64,000 nt of DNA from Psammoneis japonica (taxonomy: Eukaryota), in the NCBI GenBank assembly GCA_008632985.1, contig QPGO01000079.1, forward strand, positions 1-64,000, read 5' to 3'. This document shows positions 12,544 through 26,734 of this stretch, piece by piece. A model generated the notes under the pieces. That model was given only the letters and a program-made list of their open reading frames with translations, searched no databases and had not been told where the DNA came from. The translations under genes and the position numbers were made by a program. How positions within the stretch are numbered: position 1 is the stretch's first letter; every line of letters starts with the position of its first letter.

Positions 12544-12963
12544 TAATCTCACGTACCATTGGGCGCAACCTTCGCGGTGAAAGGGGGGGGGAATCGTAAA
12601 ATCACGTGTTATTCTGTAAAACACGTGCTTCGTCGTGTAAAACACACATTTTGGCTCATTACCCTATATCTTACGTAGGATCCTACTACGTAGCAGGCTT
12701 TTTCGAGCATTCGTCGGTCAGTCGTCGGTCAAGTTTGGCTGTCGAAACAAAACCAGAAGGAACCCGGAAGTGAACATTCACTGTCAGTGCGCGCGATTTG
12801 AATGCGCAAACAGCAAAAACTGCTCGACTCGACTGTCGAAAGCACCATGACGACCCAAGCCGCTGCTTGTTACTAGGGCGTTTTACAAAACAGGGGTGTT
12901 TTACACATTTTGACAATCTGGGGTGAAAGTGGGGTCAGGGGCACCGCCCAATACGTGAGATTA
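12544..12963. mobile_element. MITE-like element (~420 bp), TA-flanked
   Basis: Left end TAATCTCACGTA(CCA)TTGGGCG, right end CGCCCAATACGTGAGATTA. Subterminal GTAAAA repeats on the left are mirrored by TTTTAC repeats on the right. Non-coding. Confidence 0.7.
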
Positions 12964-13448
12964 ATTCAGTGTGCCCAAACGCCACAAACCGGTTTCCGAT
13001 ACCGTTTCCATTTCGATTGTTGGAGCATCCAGACCCTCCTTTTTGCCGCGGCCAGAACGACTGTCGGTGCTTTCACCGTATTCTACCTAAATCGTCATCT
13101 GATATCTTTGAAGAATACTCTGACCCATCGCTCACAAACGAAGGCATAAGCAGCCGCGATGATTCACTGATTTGCGCATTTTCGCTTCTGTTTTGAAAGA
13201 ATGGGAGCTTACCGGTACTTCCGATTGAAAAGTGCCAAACGATTCTTCGCCCCCGCTTTTTTTGCTTTCAGTCTTTTCCTGCAACGATTCCGTAACGGCA
13301 ACCAACTTCTACGCCAATTCATTCAGTGAAAGTTGAAGTAAAAGAGTGCAACGGGATTCACTTTCATACGAAGTGGTTTGGTGATGGGAAAAATCCGCGA
13401 ACGACGCCACCTGCATTACGGCAGACCTCCTCCATCTGCAAGCTAAGC

Positions 13449-13948
13449 ATGGCGTCGAAGAACGTTACGATTCGGGCTGGAGAACGCCATGACGTCCCGG
13501 ATGCATTGGCTCTTGTTAAGGAACTTGCAAAATTTGTCAAGCATCCTCACGCTGTCTTGGTTTCTCAAGAAGAAATGCACGATGCCGGTTTTGGTCCCAA
13601 CAAGCTGTTTGATTTCTTTGTAGCACTCGACGAAAACCAAACCATGGTGGGCTTTGCCCTGTACTTTGATTACTACTCAACTTGGAATGGACGTTGTGTC
13701 TATTTGGAAGATTTATACGTCAAGGCTGAGCATCGCAAGTCCGGCATTGGCGGTCGACTTTTCGATGCCGTGGTGCGTGTGGCGCATCAACGAGGTGAGA
13801 CGATTGAAATGGCAAATGCTGGAATGGAAATGAAACCGCCAGACAATTTTATAAAGCGAAACATGCCGAATTTCAAGAATCGTGGGTGAATTGTCAACTC
13901 AATGAAACTCAAATCGACAAATTGGTTTCGAACAAACCAATGGAATAA
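13449..13948 (+). pseudogene. GNAT diamine/spermidine N-acetyltransferase-like gene with two frameshifts
   Basis: YSTWNGRCVYLEDLYVKAEHRKSGIG motif. The expected RLKWQMLEW and NETARQFYK segments lie in shifted frames after ~13797 and ~13830. Confidence 0.8.
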
Positions 13949-14455
13949 CTACAGTGTTATTGTTGGCCATGCCCTAACTCTGTACGGTCGACAATGTTGT
14001 GTTTGTCAAAGCTATTAGCCTAAAGTACCGTAAAGCGCTTCTTCAGTCTTTCTTTGCTTAGCTTTAGCACAAAGAGTGCCTGTGCAGCAGTAAAATCTAA
14101 TAATTGTGTGGCACTACATTCGTTCGTTTAAATCCTCTTACAGAGCAAGCGCATCCAACCGAGGAGATCGTCAAAAGCCATTTCGAAGGGGAACAACCCC
14201 ACAATTGTGGCGTCTGATGTCTCTGATGATCCCCTTTTTAGCTTCTGGCTTGACTTTCTTGGGTAATCCACGTGCGGTATATGACTTCCGCGTAAAAGGT
14301 TCTAGCAACGCAGGTTTGAAAGTTTCGCAACTAAAAGGTGACAATAAGGAGAGTCTGAGTGTGAAAGCAATCCTTATGGCATGTTGGCATGATAATCCCG
14401 GAGAATTCAGTTTTTTTAGCAAGCAAAAGAATAATACAGTATAATATTCAGTGAA

Positions 14456-15514
14456 TCATTTTAGTTGCGTCGCGTTTACGGGTGGCGGACTCCATTTGGT
14501 GTAGTTGCCTCCATAATGCAGAGCATGGCGCAAACCAAAGTAATGATTGTCGGGTATTTGATTGAATGGGATGTACTCGCAGAGGTTTGGGTTTTGAAGG
14601 CACGTGGATTGCAAGACGGCTTGATCCTCTCCCATAAACATGTCGCGTTCCACAAAGCCCTTGACGACAGCGTCAAAGCGAGATTGAAATTCCATCCACG
14701 TATCCTTGTAACCCGCCATTTGAGAGCCAGAATGATAAAAGCAATCTCGTTGTTGCCTCTTGTCATTCCACCAGAGCACCGGTGGCGGTTTGGGCGCGTG
14801 GTGGCCCATTTGCAAAATGGCATTTCGCGACAGTACCTCGGGGTGCTGCATCATTTGTTTGCCGTTGTATTTGCCATTTCGAAAACAACCAATGTCGCTC
14901 CAAATGAAAATGCTGGAGCGGAACGGATCGTGTTGAATAGCTTGATTTACAAACCACGTCTTGGACAGCCAGACCCAAAACAATTGATAGGAACGATGAA
15001 TACGCTTTTCGGGATCGATATCCCACTGATGCCGCCAGAACTCAGTTGAATAGTCGGTCGCGAGTGGAACTTTATCAATATCCATTTCGACAATGACAGT
15101 CTTTGTTGGTGCGTGTGAACGAAACTTTTCAATAACTGAGACATACTTTTGGGAAGTAAAGACAACCATGGCGTCTTGAAGAGAAAGCATGTTTTTCATC
15201 CAGCCGAGGTAATTGTCAGAAGCATACTTGGACGGCAATTCGAAATATCCCGTCACCACTGTGGCATCCGACTGATCCGGGGATCCTTTCATTGCTTTCC
15301 ATGGATTGCCATTCGACTGTCTTATTGGTGTTCTCACCAACGGCAACTCTTGCTTGCGTGGTGATGATGATTCAACCGCCGATTTCAGAATGCGAGAATT
15401 GATGATCCATATTACAAACACAAACAGGCTCGTAACAAAGGCAAGTAGGTGAAAAACAGTACATGAAAGCTTCTTTCTCTTGGTCTTGGAGAGTGTGGGT
15501 CGTTCTTGATGCAT
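14456..15514 (-). CDS. Type II membrane protein, HtrL/YibB-like (putative glycosyltransferase-related)
   Basis: 352-aa ORF with an N-terminal TM helix. Motifs TVVTGYF, WLSKTWFV..AI..DPF, WSDIGCFR and GEDQ. Confidence 0.7.
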   Translation of the reverse strand: MHQERPTLSKTKRKKLSCTVFHLLAFVTSLFVFVIWIINSRILKSAVESSSPRKQELPLVRTPIRQSNGNPWKAMKGSPDQSDATVVTGYFELPSKYASDNYLGWMKNMLSLQDAMVVFTSQKYVSVIEKFRSHAPTKTVIVEMDIDKVPLATDYSTEFWRHQWDIDPEKRIHRSYQLFWVWLSKTWFVNQAIQHDPFRSSIFIWSDIGCFRNGKYNGKQMMQHPEVLSRNAILQMGHHAPKPPPVLWWNDKRQQRDCFYHSGSQMAGYKDTWMEFQSRFDAVVKGFVERDMFMGEDQAVLQSTCLQNPNLCEYIPFNQIPDNHYFGLRHALHYGGNYTKWSPPPVNATQLK

Positions 15515-15689
15515 CTTGCTGGATTTTTTCTTTCTTCAAGTACGTACGGTCGTCATCGTCCGCATTGAGCCTCGCGCCTCGCCCAAAATCATATCTTCAG
15601 GAAAAAAATCATTTTCTCCAATCTGGAATCAGCGCCTGTGCTAAAAGGCACTGTCTGTCTCCCGCCCCCCCCCCCTCTGCTGTACCGGT

Positions 15690-17200
15690 GAGGAGTGGGA
15701 TCGGTGTCTTGGACGGATCTGCACCAAGTGCCACCGAAAAAATCAACTGCCGACATCATGAGGTCCTCTTGCTGAAGAGCTCAAAGCCTGCTTGATCTGC
15801 TTCTGCTTGCCTGAAAGCTGCTTGTTTGTCAAAAATGAAGCTCCCAGTGCAAGAAAATCTGTTGTGGCCATGCTTGCCCATGATGCTCAATGGAAAACCT
15901 GTGAAAAACAGGTTCGTCATGCTTTTCCTTCCTGCCTGCCACACATGCACCACATGTGGTCACTGAGGCTTGTGCCAGTTGCTGGCAATGTGACAATGCA
16001 TTCCGACTCGAGCTTCCAAAAATGTGCAAAATGGGAGGGGAAATCACAGCAACCCACAAAGAACAAGCAACACACAGAATCCATGCAGGTTTTTGAACTG
16101 CTGGTGTGCAATGGACAATTCTGAGGTGTTCATGCTGTGTGAAAAAGGAGGAGAAAGTCTGCTGTGCATGTGCATTTTGTCTCTTTTGTTGCCGCAGTTC
16201 TCTCAGCATTCCCTGGGTTCTCCAACAAAGAGACCCCCAAACCATCAGTCTGCAGCTGGTGTGTCAGCAAGAGGCCAGTCATGCCAAGGCATCTTTTCAC
16301 TTTGGAGATGGGAGAGCTTGAAGTCTTGCTGCTCTCTTTCTCTCTTTTGGCTGGGTGTGGCAATGAAAACTTGGCTCCACGATTGAAGAAGCAATGCAAC
16401 TCATCCTGGAGTTGAAAATTGGGAGCTGAGCAGATGCTCCCAAATGGTTGGGAAGTGAAGGTGAATGATGTCAGTGCAAGATGCAACAGCATTGTGCACC
16501 CCCTCACAGCTTCTTGACATTTTGACCAACAAAACATGGAGCACACTCTGTCAAGATCTGCACAACACATGCATGCTGAGAGCCCCCATCAATGTCGCTG
16601 GAAATCCAACTGCTCCATTGAGGCAACTCATTGCACAGTGGATGGCAGATGTGTGGGAGAAGGTGCCAGGGGAACTTGCTTGAAGTCTCCTTCTTGATTG
16701 CTGGCTGCAAGGATCCAGCTGATGAGCCCAGCAACCCAATGTGCACGGCCATCGTTGAAGCTGAAACAGCAACGCAGTGCAGGGACAGACCAGTCAGCTC
16801 AATCTGCAGTGCAGCAGGTGAAGATGCCATTGCTGTGTTCAAGGAGCCAGAAGATTTTGGCGGAAGTGACGCAGGGGACAAGGGGGGGGAGGATTGATTC
16901 TGCAGTTTTTAAATTTCAGTTTCAGCATGATTTTATGTGCGGCAGTTTTGGCGGCACAAATCCCAGAGCTTGGGCAGCACTGGTCAACAATCTGTGCTTT
17001 TTGAAAATCTGTGCCTCTTTCTGCGGACCCCTGCATTGAAAATCTGTGCTGTCTGAACCGAAACCTGTGCCCCACAGATTTTTATGATGGGCTAATCAAT
17101 CACGGGCGCGGTGTCGCTCGCATCCATGCATGCGATGCACGCACGCACCAAGCTAGATTTTCATGCAGCACGCAAGACGCAAGACATACAAGAGACACCA
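15690..17200 (+). mobile_element. Hypermutated pogo/Tigger-like (DDE_1) transposase relic; TpA-depleted domain 1
   Basis: TALCTPSQLLDILTNK resembles the TxxxQPLDVxxN motif and PLRQLIAQWMADVWEKV resembles the C-terminal WxxxxW helix. No TA between 15686 and 16909. Confidence 0.6.
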
Positions 17201-19361
17201 CCATTGGAATGGACAATCAACCCACTATTCCGTTTGACATTGGATCAGGGCATATTGTCTCGTCTGGAGCCTTTAATCCAGGACTCTAGAGTGTACGACG
17301 CGGGCTTCTTTAACTGCTTCTTTTGCGACCTGGAGCCTTGCAGATTCTACCTCTGTCAAAAACAGGAAGTGTTTGATATTGAAACTGCGAGACAGATCGA
17401 TCTGAACTATCCTTGAATTGGTGTTGAGAAATTTGTTGCTTCCAAGACTGTCGTTCGAATTGTCACGTGTGTGACTGAATCAAATTCTTCGGAAATATTT
17501 GAAGTGTCGATAGATGCACCTTTGGGCCTTCATGTCGTGGTTACTCCCGACACTCTTATTTTTCCGAGGGCGATTCGGCTTCGTATGAGGTTTAATTGTC
17601 TTCGGCGGATGGTGCGACACCAGATGAATGACACTTTGGTTCCCTGACGTGGAACAGCGTCGGTAATACTACACAACGCTATATTCCATCTGCAGCCCGA
17701 CTATTGCCGTATTGGTACAGGACTATGAGGCTCAGACGCATATTGTCGGCAATAACCTTATTGGTTCCGTAAGCTTTGACATTGAGTTTGGTTACACTGG
17801 ATTCTATTCTGCGGACTTTTATGGATTTAACGCCGCGATCGTTCAAGAGGCACCGGAGGAGGACAATCCATTCAACCGCTAAAGTTATACCGGTATCAGG
17901 CTAGACGGGGTTCGACGTTTTTAATTTGAGCCAGCTATTGGGTTCGTACGCTTTTCTCTGGTTGATCAATACACGGACGGGAATCATGATGTCGACCTGT
18001 ACGCTGTGTTTGGGAATGCTCCCTTGCAACTCAAACTCTTGGTGAATGCGGGGGTTGTATTCCTATAGCAGGGTGAGTGTCACTGCCTCGTCCGATGAGG
18101 TGGTGGACTTGATTAACCCGACAGCAGTAAAGTCTACGTTGTCGATGTCCACGCATATGAAACGCAACGTCCCGATGCAAGATCACTTTTGTTTGCCTGG
18201 GCACTAGACAGCACTGCGGAACGCCCAAATTAATGCGCCTGCAACAGCTGCATAAACTCCCCATCACGTTCGACTGGTACCGGTATGGTCAAATCTTGAG
18301 TCTTCTTCCCTTGGGGCGGTAACAGGTACACACACCGGGGCTAGAGGGCCGCTGCATGGGGCGTACAATCATTGCCATTCAAGAGTGACGTAATAGTTAA
18401 TACCCAATTTCTACTCAATCCAATCCAAAAAAATTCACAACTCATTCGAGCTACTCTGCCTATGGTAGACTCAGTCGCGCAAGGGAGTCGGGTCAAGCTA
18501 TTACCATGGATCAGGCCATAGCTCTACGAGGACAGAGCCGTTTCTTCGTTAGTGCGTCATGGCACTATGTTACGTGTGATTGCTTCTGCTACCACGCTAG
18601 CAGCACCTGGACGATGCTCACAAGTTCCCAGCACAAGTAGAGGCTGCTCATTGGGTGACTGCAGGAATTAGAGACTCAACTTTTAGCTCCATTATTCCCA
18701 TTTCGCAATCATGTACGAGTGGTCAAGCTGAAATAAGATATTATGTACTGGCAAGCGAACAAGAATCGATCATCGGAACTAGCTTGGACGAAGACTGCAG
18801 GTGGGAGCCAGCGATGGGGTGAAGGACAATGATGGTGAAGCCGCCATCGTAGGATGTTAGCTGGGCACCGGGATGGCGCATACTCTCCAACACCCGTTGC
18901 TTCATCGATGCTGATGAAGTCATACATCACAACACTTGGAGATGCGTCGTTTTGCATGATGAAAAATGTCCGGTCTCGGTTAAAGTTTCCACCGTTGTAC
19001 GAGTCTGTGTTGGGATATGTTCGATTCCCACACAGCTCTTTGCGTCCTTGTTGGCCCGCTCCTGGGAGTAAACCCTAGGCTCCAGAGCATCTGCGCTATT
19101 TATAAGTTACCTGGCTTGCGATGGATATAGTCTCAAACAACGCCGTTTTCAAGTTGGCAACTGACGCTTTGGCATGGTTTGCGAAGTAGAAAAGAAAAGA
19201 TTGCTGAGTTTACTCGTACCGGCCTAGTAGGACACTCGATCGGAGGCCATCGTTAACAACTTCATCACACACAGTGGGGGCAAGAAGTTTTCTTGAAGTA
19301 TTCGGCATCAGTGTATTATTTACATGTATTTGTTTTTCGTTATTTTTGAGTTTCATTATTA

Positions 19362-21769
19362 CTAGGCACCGCTACGAAACCCCGTCGCTTCGGCGCAAAG
19401 TTGGTAGATACGTTTGAATTCCTTCTGGGCGGCCTCCGCCGAGATTCGATCTTCAACTTCGTAGGTAAGCATCTTTTTCAAGAGATCGACAACATCCCGA
19501 CCACCGACCACCGCTTCTAGAGCTTTCAATTTAGGGTGCTCGAAGACGTCGTCCGAGAATTGCGGAAATTCATCGGCATTGTCCCCTTCCCAGGCCTCGG
19601 GCATTTCACCGGTCAAAAGCTGGTATTGCATCACGGCACTACTGTACACGTCGGCTTTGGGGGTAGTTCCGCCCGAGCCCTTGAGGGGATTCTTTTCGAA
19701 TATTTCTGGAGCTTTGTAGCCTGGCGTTCCGCAATGCATAGTTCCCTCTTTGTTGTCGTGAACGGTGCGGGACAGCCCAAAATCAATCAATCGCACTTCC
19801 ATCACGTCGTGGTTGCGCTCCAATGTTTTGCCGTCGTGACAATCCATTCCTTTCGCAAATAATACATTCGCCGGTTTCACGTCACGGTGGATAACACCCT
19901 TCTCAGCGGCAACTGCAAGAGAGCTCATGATCTGGTCCATGTAGCGGGACGTGCGGCGAATCTTGACGACAGGGTCCTTCTCTTTCTTCAAATCGGCAAT
20001 GGCAACCTCGAAAGTAGCCGAGCTGCACTCCTCCATAAGAATGGCTGCAGTAATCTTGCTCCGAGTGGCACTCTTCCCGTCCGGTAGAACATCCATGATC
20101 CACCGCCCATAAAAGCTAGCCACATACCTCAGGCTATGAAGCAAGGAGTGGCAGTGGATCGGGCGACAAAGGTAGTTTACGATCTGGGCAACCTTGAACA
20201 CCTCCACTTTTATCACAGCCGAAAGTGGGAGCTTGGGATTCATGGACAAGTCACATTGGCCATCCGGAATGAGGGCAGGTGCGTCACTTTGACGGCCAAC
20301 CGGAACGACTTGGTAACAAGTTCCGAAATTGCTGCTTCCTTGTGGCCGGTAATGAACACTTTGTCACAGTCCCACTCATGTCCAGCAGCGGCGCACTGCC
20401 ACATGTCACTTGTTTCGGGCTTTCCCGCACTCTCGTATGCATCACACAAATTTCCCACGTTGTTGAAGAAGTGGTCACTCTTGCCATCCTGTTTGAATTG
20501 TTTGAGAGAAGCACGAATCACCTCGTTCATGACCAAGAACTCTAGAGGGAACGGTGAGTCTCCCTTCTTCATCACTTCACTCAACGGTGACAATAAAGTG
20601 TTGGCAGTCGCAGAAGTACTGGCAGGACTCTTTGGTAATTTAGGGCTTCCTGAAGATGCAGCAGAAGGAGCGCGCAGAAATGATCCATACCCCGACGCCC
20701 GCAGGTGGACTTCGGCATCATTGAGAAACTCATCAAGGATGCCAAGGCCTGGATGGAGCTGGTCCAGCTCCTTGTGAGCAGCCTCTGCTTCCTGAAACAA
20801 GCGAGACCCCAGTTTCATGACAAGTTCAACTGGAATTGAAATGACTCCTGCAACTTGCGGATCTGTCGCTTTCGGATCAGTGGGGGCGGGAGCGTCTTTG
20901 ACGAATGAACGCAGAATCCACGCTTCCGTGGGGACACTTGCAAACGGCCCGTCAACGATGCGAAAGCGGCGTGTCAGAATGTCCTTGACGAGACAAACGA
21001 GACGGAAAGCCCTTGAAAGTTCCATTCTTGGCAGCAGAGAATGCATCATACTCCGTCACCATTTGGTTCATTCCGTCGTGACCAAAGATCGCTTCAAAAA
21101 TGATCTTTTTTGCTGATGTCTTGTACTCAAAGCTGGTTTGATCGCTGATTTTGTCACGGTTCAATTTGAGGTCGTCCGAAAGTATTTCCTCAAATCTCCG
21201 ATTGTTCAAAACCTTGGAGTAGTGGTCTCGCCCTTTATCAAACAGGAGAATGCCTTCAAGAATGTAGGTAACAAACTCGCGCGTCGCGGCGGCGTTGCCC
21301 GAGTCGCAAACCACTTTTGCGACTTCCGTGAGTAGATCGACAACAAGGTCTTGGGAGGGCTTCTTCGGCTTCTGGGTTTTCATGACCCAAGACAAAGTGG
21401 CTTTCATCGGAGTGACCCCCTGGCTGTCACCGGACAAAATTCGAATCCTTGTCATTTCGTTCAACTTCTCCGAAAGCAAGGGCCCCAAATTCGAAGTCTT
21501 GATGATATGATCGTTCCTGCGGACAGAAAGGGCTGTGATTGTTTCATCACTTTCAGCAACAACTCGGCCATCACTTTGAGAGCGACGCGCAAGTTCTCCT
21601 CTGAGTTACCAAAAATGGGCTTCAGAGTACTACCAGTGCCTGCATCATCCTCAAACGAAATGACCGTCGGGATCAAACTACTGCTGTCTGGATCGTCGTC
21701 AGCATTGTCATTATTTCCATGTCTGGCAGCGACACGCCCATTGCGGATGCGTGGGGTCGTCGTTTCCAT
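19362..21769 (-). pseudogene. Ser/Thr protein kinase gene split over four overlapping frames
   Basis: IHRDVKPANVL, LIDFGLS, CGTPGYKAPE and DVYS lie in 19362..20249. Upstream ORFs 20240..21049, 20952..21488 and 21461..21769 overlap end to end in different frames. Confidence 0.75.
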
Positions 21770-22200
21770 GTTCAGTTTTGAGGAGCTATTGCTCGATGAG
21801 TCGATGAGAGATACTCATACCAATACCAATCTTGGATCTTGCCATGTTGTTTAGAGTACGGCTTGAAAGTAACGCTTGCCTTCAACCCGGAACTCCTCAT
21901 TCAGAATCATGGTTCAACTCAAGAAGTAGTCGTATGCTCTAGTGGGCGGTTTCACTACTTTTTTCGTTTCCTCGGTTGCGTTTTGCGCATCAGACAGAAC
22001 GCCAAACCCAGAGACGAAGTTATCCAGAAGACTCCAGCACATGTCCCGGTGACGCCAAGACAAGAGTTGTTGAATGCACCGTATGGTGATGAGTTATCGT
22101 TAACCTTCTAAAAGTGAGGCGCTTGCGCTGCCTCTACTGGATTTTTCGCAATTAGAGCTTGCCATCTGACCACATTTTCGCCATGCCCCGTACACTCTAC

Positions 22201-25200
22201 TCAAACGACAACGTACTCCTTCTCACCAAGGGTTTCCAAGTCACTCTTTTTCCATGTCTTTGGTTCTAGCTTGGTATCAATCCATTCGGCCGTTTCTTCC
22301 GTCGTACTTGTGCGCAACGCCAGCGTCGTTTCCATGTTGATAATGAACCTGCCAACCCGAGACTGCACCACTTCAAACTCACGATCGTCCTCTTTCGATA
22401 CGACAATGGAGCACTTTGATAGCAACACTGACACCAATGGAGTCACGTCCTTGAGCTTGTCCTTGTCTGCTTCAGGTGGCCAATCGTAAATGTCAGAAAG
22501 GGGCGCTGGTTCTAGTTTGTGAAAGACCTCCTCTGCCGTAATCGAGTCCGGAAGTGATTGTGGTATTTCGAACAGGTGCAAATAGGAATCCACGGTTACA
22601 ACGGCCAATACTTTTTGCCATGTCTTGCTCGGCCTTCGTTGCTCCACAACTTTCATGGAGAAAATCAATTCGCTCGTTAGTGGCGACTCGAGCGCTTCAA
22701 GGTCCTTCACTTCTGGTGGAATGAACGTGCGTCGAGATCGATTGAGAATGGAGGATTTGTGCTGCGCTTCCTTCATTTGGACTCGCTTTGAATGCTTTTG
22801 AATCGTTTCATGAATATGTGTATCGACCTCCTGATCCATTTGTCGCTCCACCAACTCTTGCAATACGGGGGAATGCACAGAATCGAAACCCGACAAAAGG
22901 TCCACCTGTTGAGGCAAATACTCCGAGAGCAAATCTTGCAGTTTGCTTTGACGACCCGCTTCATTCGTCGTGACTGAATCGGCAAGACGTAGCAATTCCG
23001 GTGACACTTTGTTCCATAACTCGGATTGCAACTTTACCGCGACACGATAGCGCATCTCTGCCAACCACAAATCACGTGTATCTCGTTCCGCCATTGGGCT
23101 TTTTGGAGATAGCTTCGACAGGGATGATAGCGCCGTGCCGAGAGAAGCATGGGGATGGTCAGGGGATGCGGGAGGTGTTAATTTCCTTTCTGGAGTGCGC
23201 GCGAGTGAAGGTAAAATCAACGCCTCGCCGTAAACTCTAACATAAAAGTCTATGACAAAATTGTTTCATAAGAAGGTTAGTGACAAAGGCGAAAAAGACT
23301 TGTGAACCAATAATGCAGCCCTTGGACTTACCCCACGCACTAGCGACCTTCGATTCCGCCCCCTCGAGCTCTGCAATGATACCTTTACCCTTCGCGTCCA
23401 TTCTTCGCAAACGAGACTTGAGTTCCTGCTGATGGTTCGTCAACGTGCTCGCCTGCCTTGCTGAGGTAGATTCTTTCTTTGCACTTTCCTCAAATCTCCT
23501 GGAAATAACAGACTGAGCATCAATGAGAGATGTGAGCATGCCTCCACGTCTTTCTTCTGGTGTATCCAAACTATCTCGCCATGCTCCTTCATTCTGTACC
23601 ATAACCACCGTGTAGTCCTTATGACTGCGTTCTTCCGATAGACGAGTCTGTCTCCAGTAGCCCACCATGGAATTCCCCAAGATGTTTCCCTCGTCGTCCA
23701 AATACACGTCCTCATATATTTGTTGCATAGCCTCGCCGTAAGCTTGGTTTGCGTGAGCCACGCCGAGAACCAATCGATGGGCACGAGCGGTTTCTTGCAA
23801 ACCAGAGTTCATGACATCAACACACGATAGCCATTTTGTCGATGCTGCCTGGAGTTTCTCTGAGAACTCTGTGCGGCGTCTCTCCTCGAATGCTTTTAGG
23901 TCTACGTGATTTTTGGTCTTTAGCGTTTCCTCAAAAGGTGGATGAGAAGGAGCATCGCCAGCTGATGGTGTGGATGCATCGGTAGCAAATAACTTGTATC
24001 CTTCGTCGTCAGAGGAGCTCGGACTGAGGGCATCGTTAGAACTTCCCAAAACCGTAGCAGCTGCAGCCCGCACTCTAGGGTTAGCAAAATGACTGGTCGG
24101 GGAGCTGCGACTAGAGCTATCGTCTGACGATGAGAATGTCGTGGACAATGTGTCGTCGATTGTCACCTTCTCAGCAACGGGTTTGGAGTCTTCGAGATGA
24201 GGTGCTTCACGGTGCGCTTCGGCAGAAGAAATAGTATCAATAAGCATCGCTGTCTCCTCCTTGCTTGCATCGATCGCTGCCTTTTCAACTTGATTGAGAA
24301 ACGGATGCTCTTTCGTCTCATCACTGATAATATCTGTTACAACTTCATTCTGTGGTTTTGCCTGCTTTTGATCTCGTTCTGGCTGTGCATCTCTTTCAAT
24401 GACTTCTAACATCTCAGGGTTCTCCTCGGTTCCTCTGGCCTCGACTTTTTTCATCTTTGCCGTGGTAGATTCCGTAGTTGCAACGACCGCGGAAGTTGCA
24501 ACTTGTTTGGGAAACGTATGCTCCGTCTTCTCGCCACTAGTAATGTAAGATGACGGAGCAGCCGAAAAGGCCTGCTTTTCAGCTTCCACTTTCGGTACAC
24601 CTCTTTCGATGAGCTCTGGCATCTCGGGTGTCTTATCCTCGGTTCTTTTGGTCTCTGCTTCTTTGGAAATTTCCGTAATGGCTTTGACTAGAGTTTCTTT
24701 CTCGTTTAAAGAAATATCTTTGGGGGTGTCAACGTCAGCAATAGCAGAGGGTGCATTCTCAGACTCGAGTTCATCTATCACTGGGTGTGCTCGATCCCGC
24801 CGCTCCGACGAAACAGCCGCTGTCGAATCCTCTTCGTCCTTTGTATCTGGCGCTTCGTCCTCCATCGCCTCCATCTTCAATGGTCCTCTGTCTTGCTCAA
24901 CACGAGCTGCAGTCACACTCTGACCTGTAAGAGAGTTGCAACTATCATTGTCTATCTGCTGCTGTACTTTCTCGTCGTCCACAATATCTCTATCTGTTGT
25001 ACTTTCTGTTTCAGTTTCCTCGGGTTGACTCTCAACTGGCATAGGGATTTGAGTGCCAATGGCTTTCTCGTCCCACATTTCATCCTCCACCGGTGTTTCT
25101 GATTCATCTTTGATGCTTGAAGCGGATGCGGTGATTCCTATGGAAAGCCGGTCTCGACGACTCTCGTTGCCTACCCCGCCCTGTTGTGAAATATGCACAT

Positions 25201-26068
25201 CTACCGAATCTTCTGACTTACTTTGGGTTTCCGAACTATCACTTTCGTCATCATCTGATTCTTCAGGGCTACTCGACTCAGAAGACTTTTCTTCTTCTTC
25301 TTTGTCATCATCACTTATGACTACCGAAGAGCTTTTAAATTCTTCTTCGTTGCAGCCAGTGGACTGATGGTGCTCGCTCTTGCCTCTTTTCGATGTTGTG
25401 GCGGATGTCGCCCCTTCATCGATATAAACATCTCTCTCGCTATCAGACTCCTCCTCGTCCATATCTTGTCCCTCGAGAGAATACTCATCGTCCAGAATGC
25501 GCTTACCACTTCTTGCAAACATATCCGTAGGGGGTTGTGACGAGAATTCCGTCATGTCGTTGCTTCCACTGCTACTCGCAAGCTCTCGCAGCTCCTGCTG
25601 GTTTCCTTCAATCTCAAACAGACTTGTATCATGACTCACAGCACTCGCTCTCGTGGCGTTGATGCTGCTCCTTGTCTCGAACGGATTGGTAGTCTCCTTT
25701 TTGCGCTCATGGTCATAGAAGGCGGAAACGTCGTCGGGCATAGTTTCGTGCTGGAGATTCGGGACCATGAATGCAGTCGGGCTCGGTGTAACTCGAGCTT
25801 CTTCAAACTCTAACTCCATATTCCGCTCCACATCAAAAGGATTAGATGGAGGTGTGGCGATCTCTCGTGTTGGCGGTACGGGTGACGTTGCCGGAGAACT
25901 CAACAAGGGTTCCTTGCCTAGGACCTGGTTGATTTTTCGTTCGTGTCGTTTCTTTTTCTTGTTGCTCAACATTCCCCTGATTTTGCGGATTCGTCCTGTT
26001 TTCGACTTCTCTGCGGGACTTGACGCCGCCATCTCGTGAAGCTCATGGGAACTATCGTTTTTCATCAT
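22201..26068 (-). CDS. Large acidic low-complexity protein with C-terminal helical/coiled-coil region and PH-like domain
   Basis: Two exons joined in frame by a GTAAG...CATAG intron at 23331-23250. PH-like segment KTWQKVLAVVTVDSYLHLFE...LRTSTTEETAEWI. Confidence 0.75.
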
Positions 26069-26734
26069 GCGCTTTCCTTATGATTAGATCGACGTGACGT
26101 TGGGTGATTGAAGTAGGAGTCGAAGAAGCAAGCTGCCTTTGAGCGTTGAACGCTAAGACAGGGTGAACCAGCACCTTTCTTGTCGACAATCCAAATCGAC
26201 CACACGTGAAACACGCACGATCACTGCCCGCGGCAGAATACGACTGGCATTTTTCTTGGCCAACGCAGCCTTTCCGAAAACACGTCGATACAAGAAATTA
26301 TAACACTTGTAGATACGATGAACTTTGAAATATGTTGGATAAAATACTATCAATAATTTTGTACTTTTTCAGCAAGATAAATAACCTTCGGATATGAGCA
26401 AAATTCACGTTCACTATTGACTAAATTTGGTCTGCGGAGTTCGCAAGACTGTCGCACGATCATGGCGGGACTTATTTATCATGAAATTTCATATGAATCT
26501 GAATAGAAAAATGATCTGAAACGCGATCATATTGGGCGATAATATGTAGCTAAGGATCCGAAGAAGCATAATTTCCCAGCGGACGAAACGGTTACTGTAA
26601 TTTCAAACGCAACCAAGATCGTCCACGATCTATCGCTCACCATCACTTTTTCGATGGATTCCAACACAATGCCACACAAAAAACAACAGCGCAAAATTTG
26701 CCTTGTATCGCAGATAACGAACAACTCATTCATC

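Noticed and set aside
15686..16909. Sequencing or assembly artefact behind TA loss
   Set aside because: The loss is confined to TE-like domains, context-dependent and differs between repeat copies; still worth confirming with raw reads.
17200..19100. Gene(s) in this interval and in 4400-5400
   Set aside because: Only short broken frames without recognisable motifs; probably decayed genes, but not callable.
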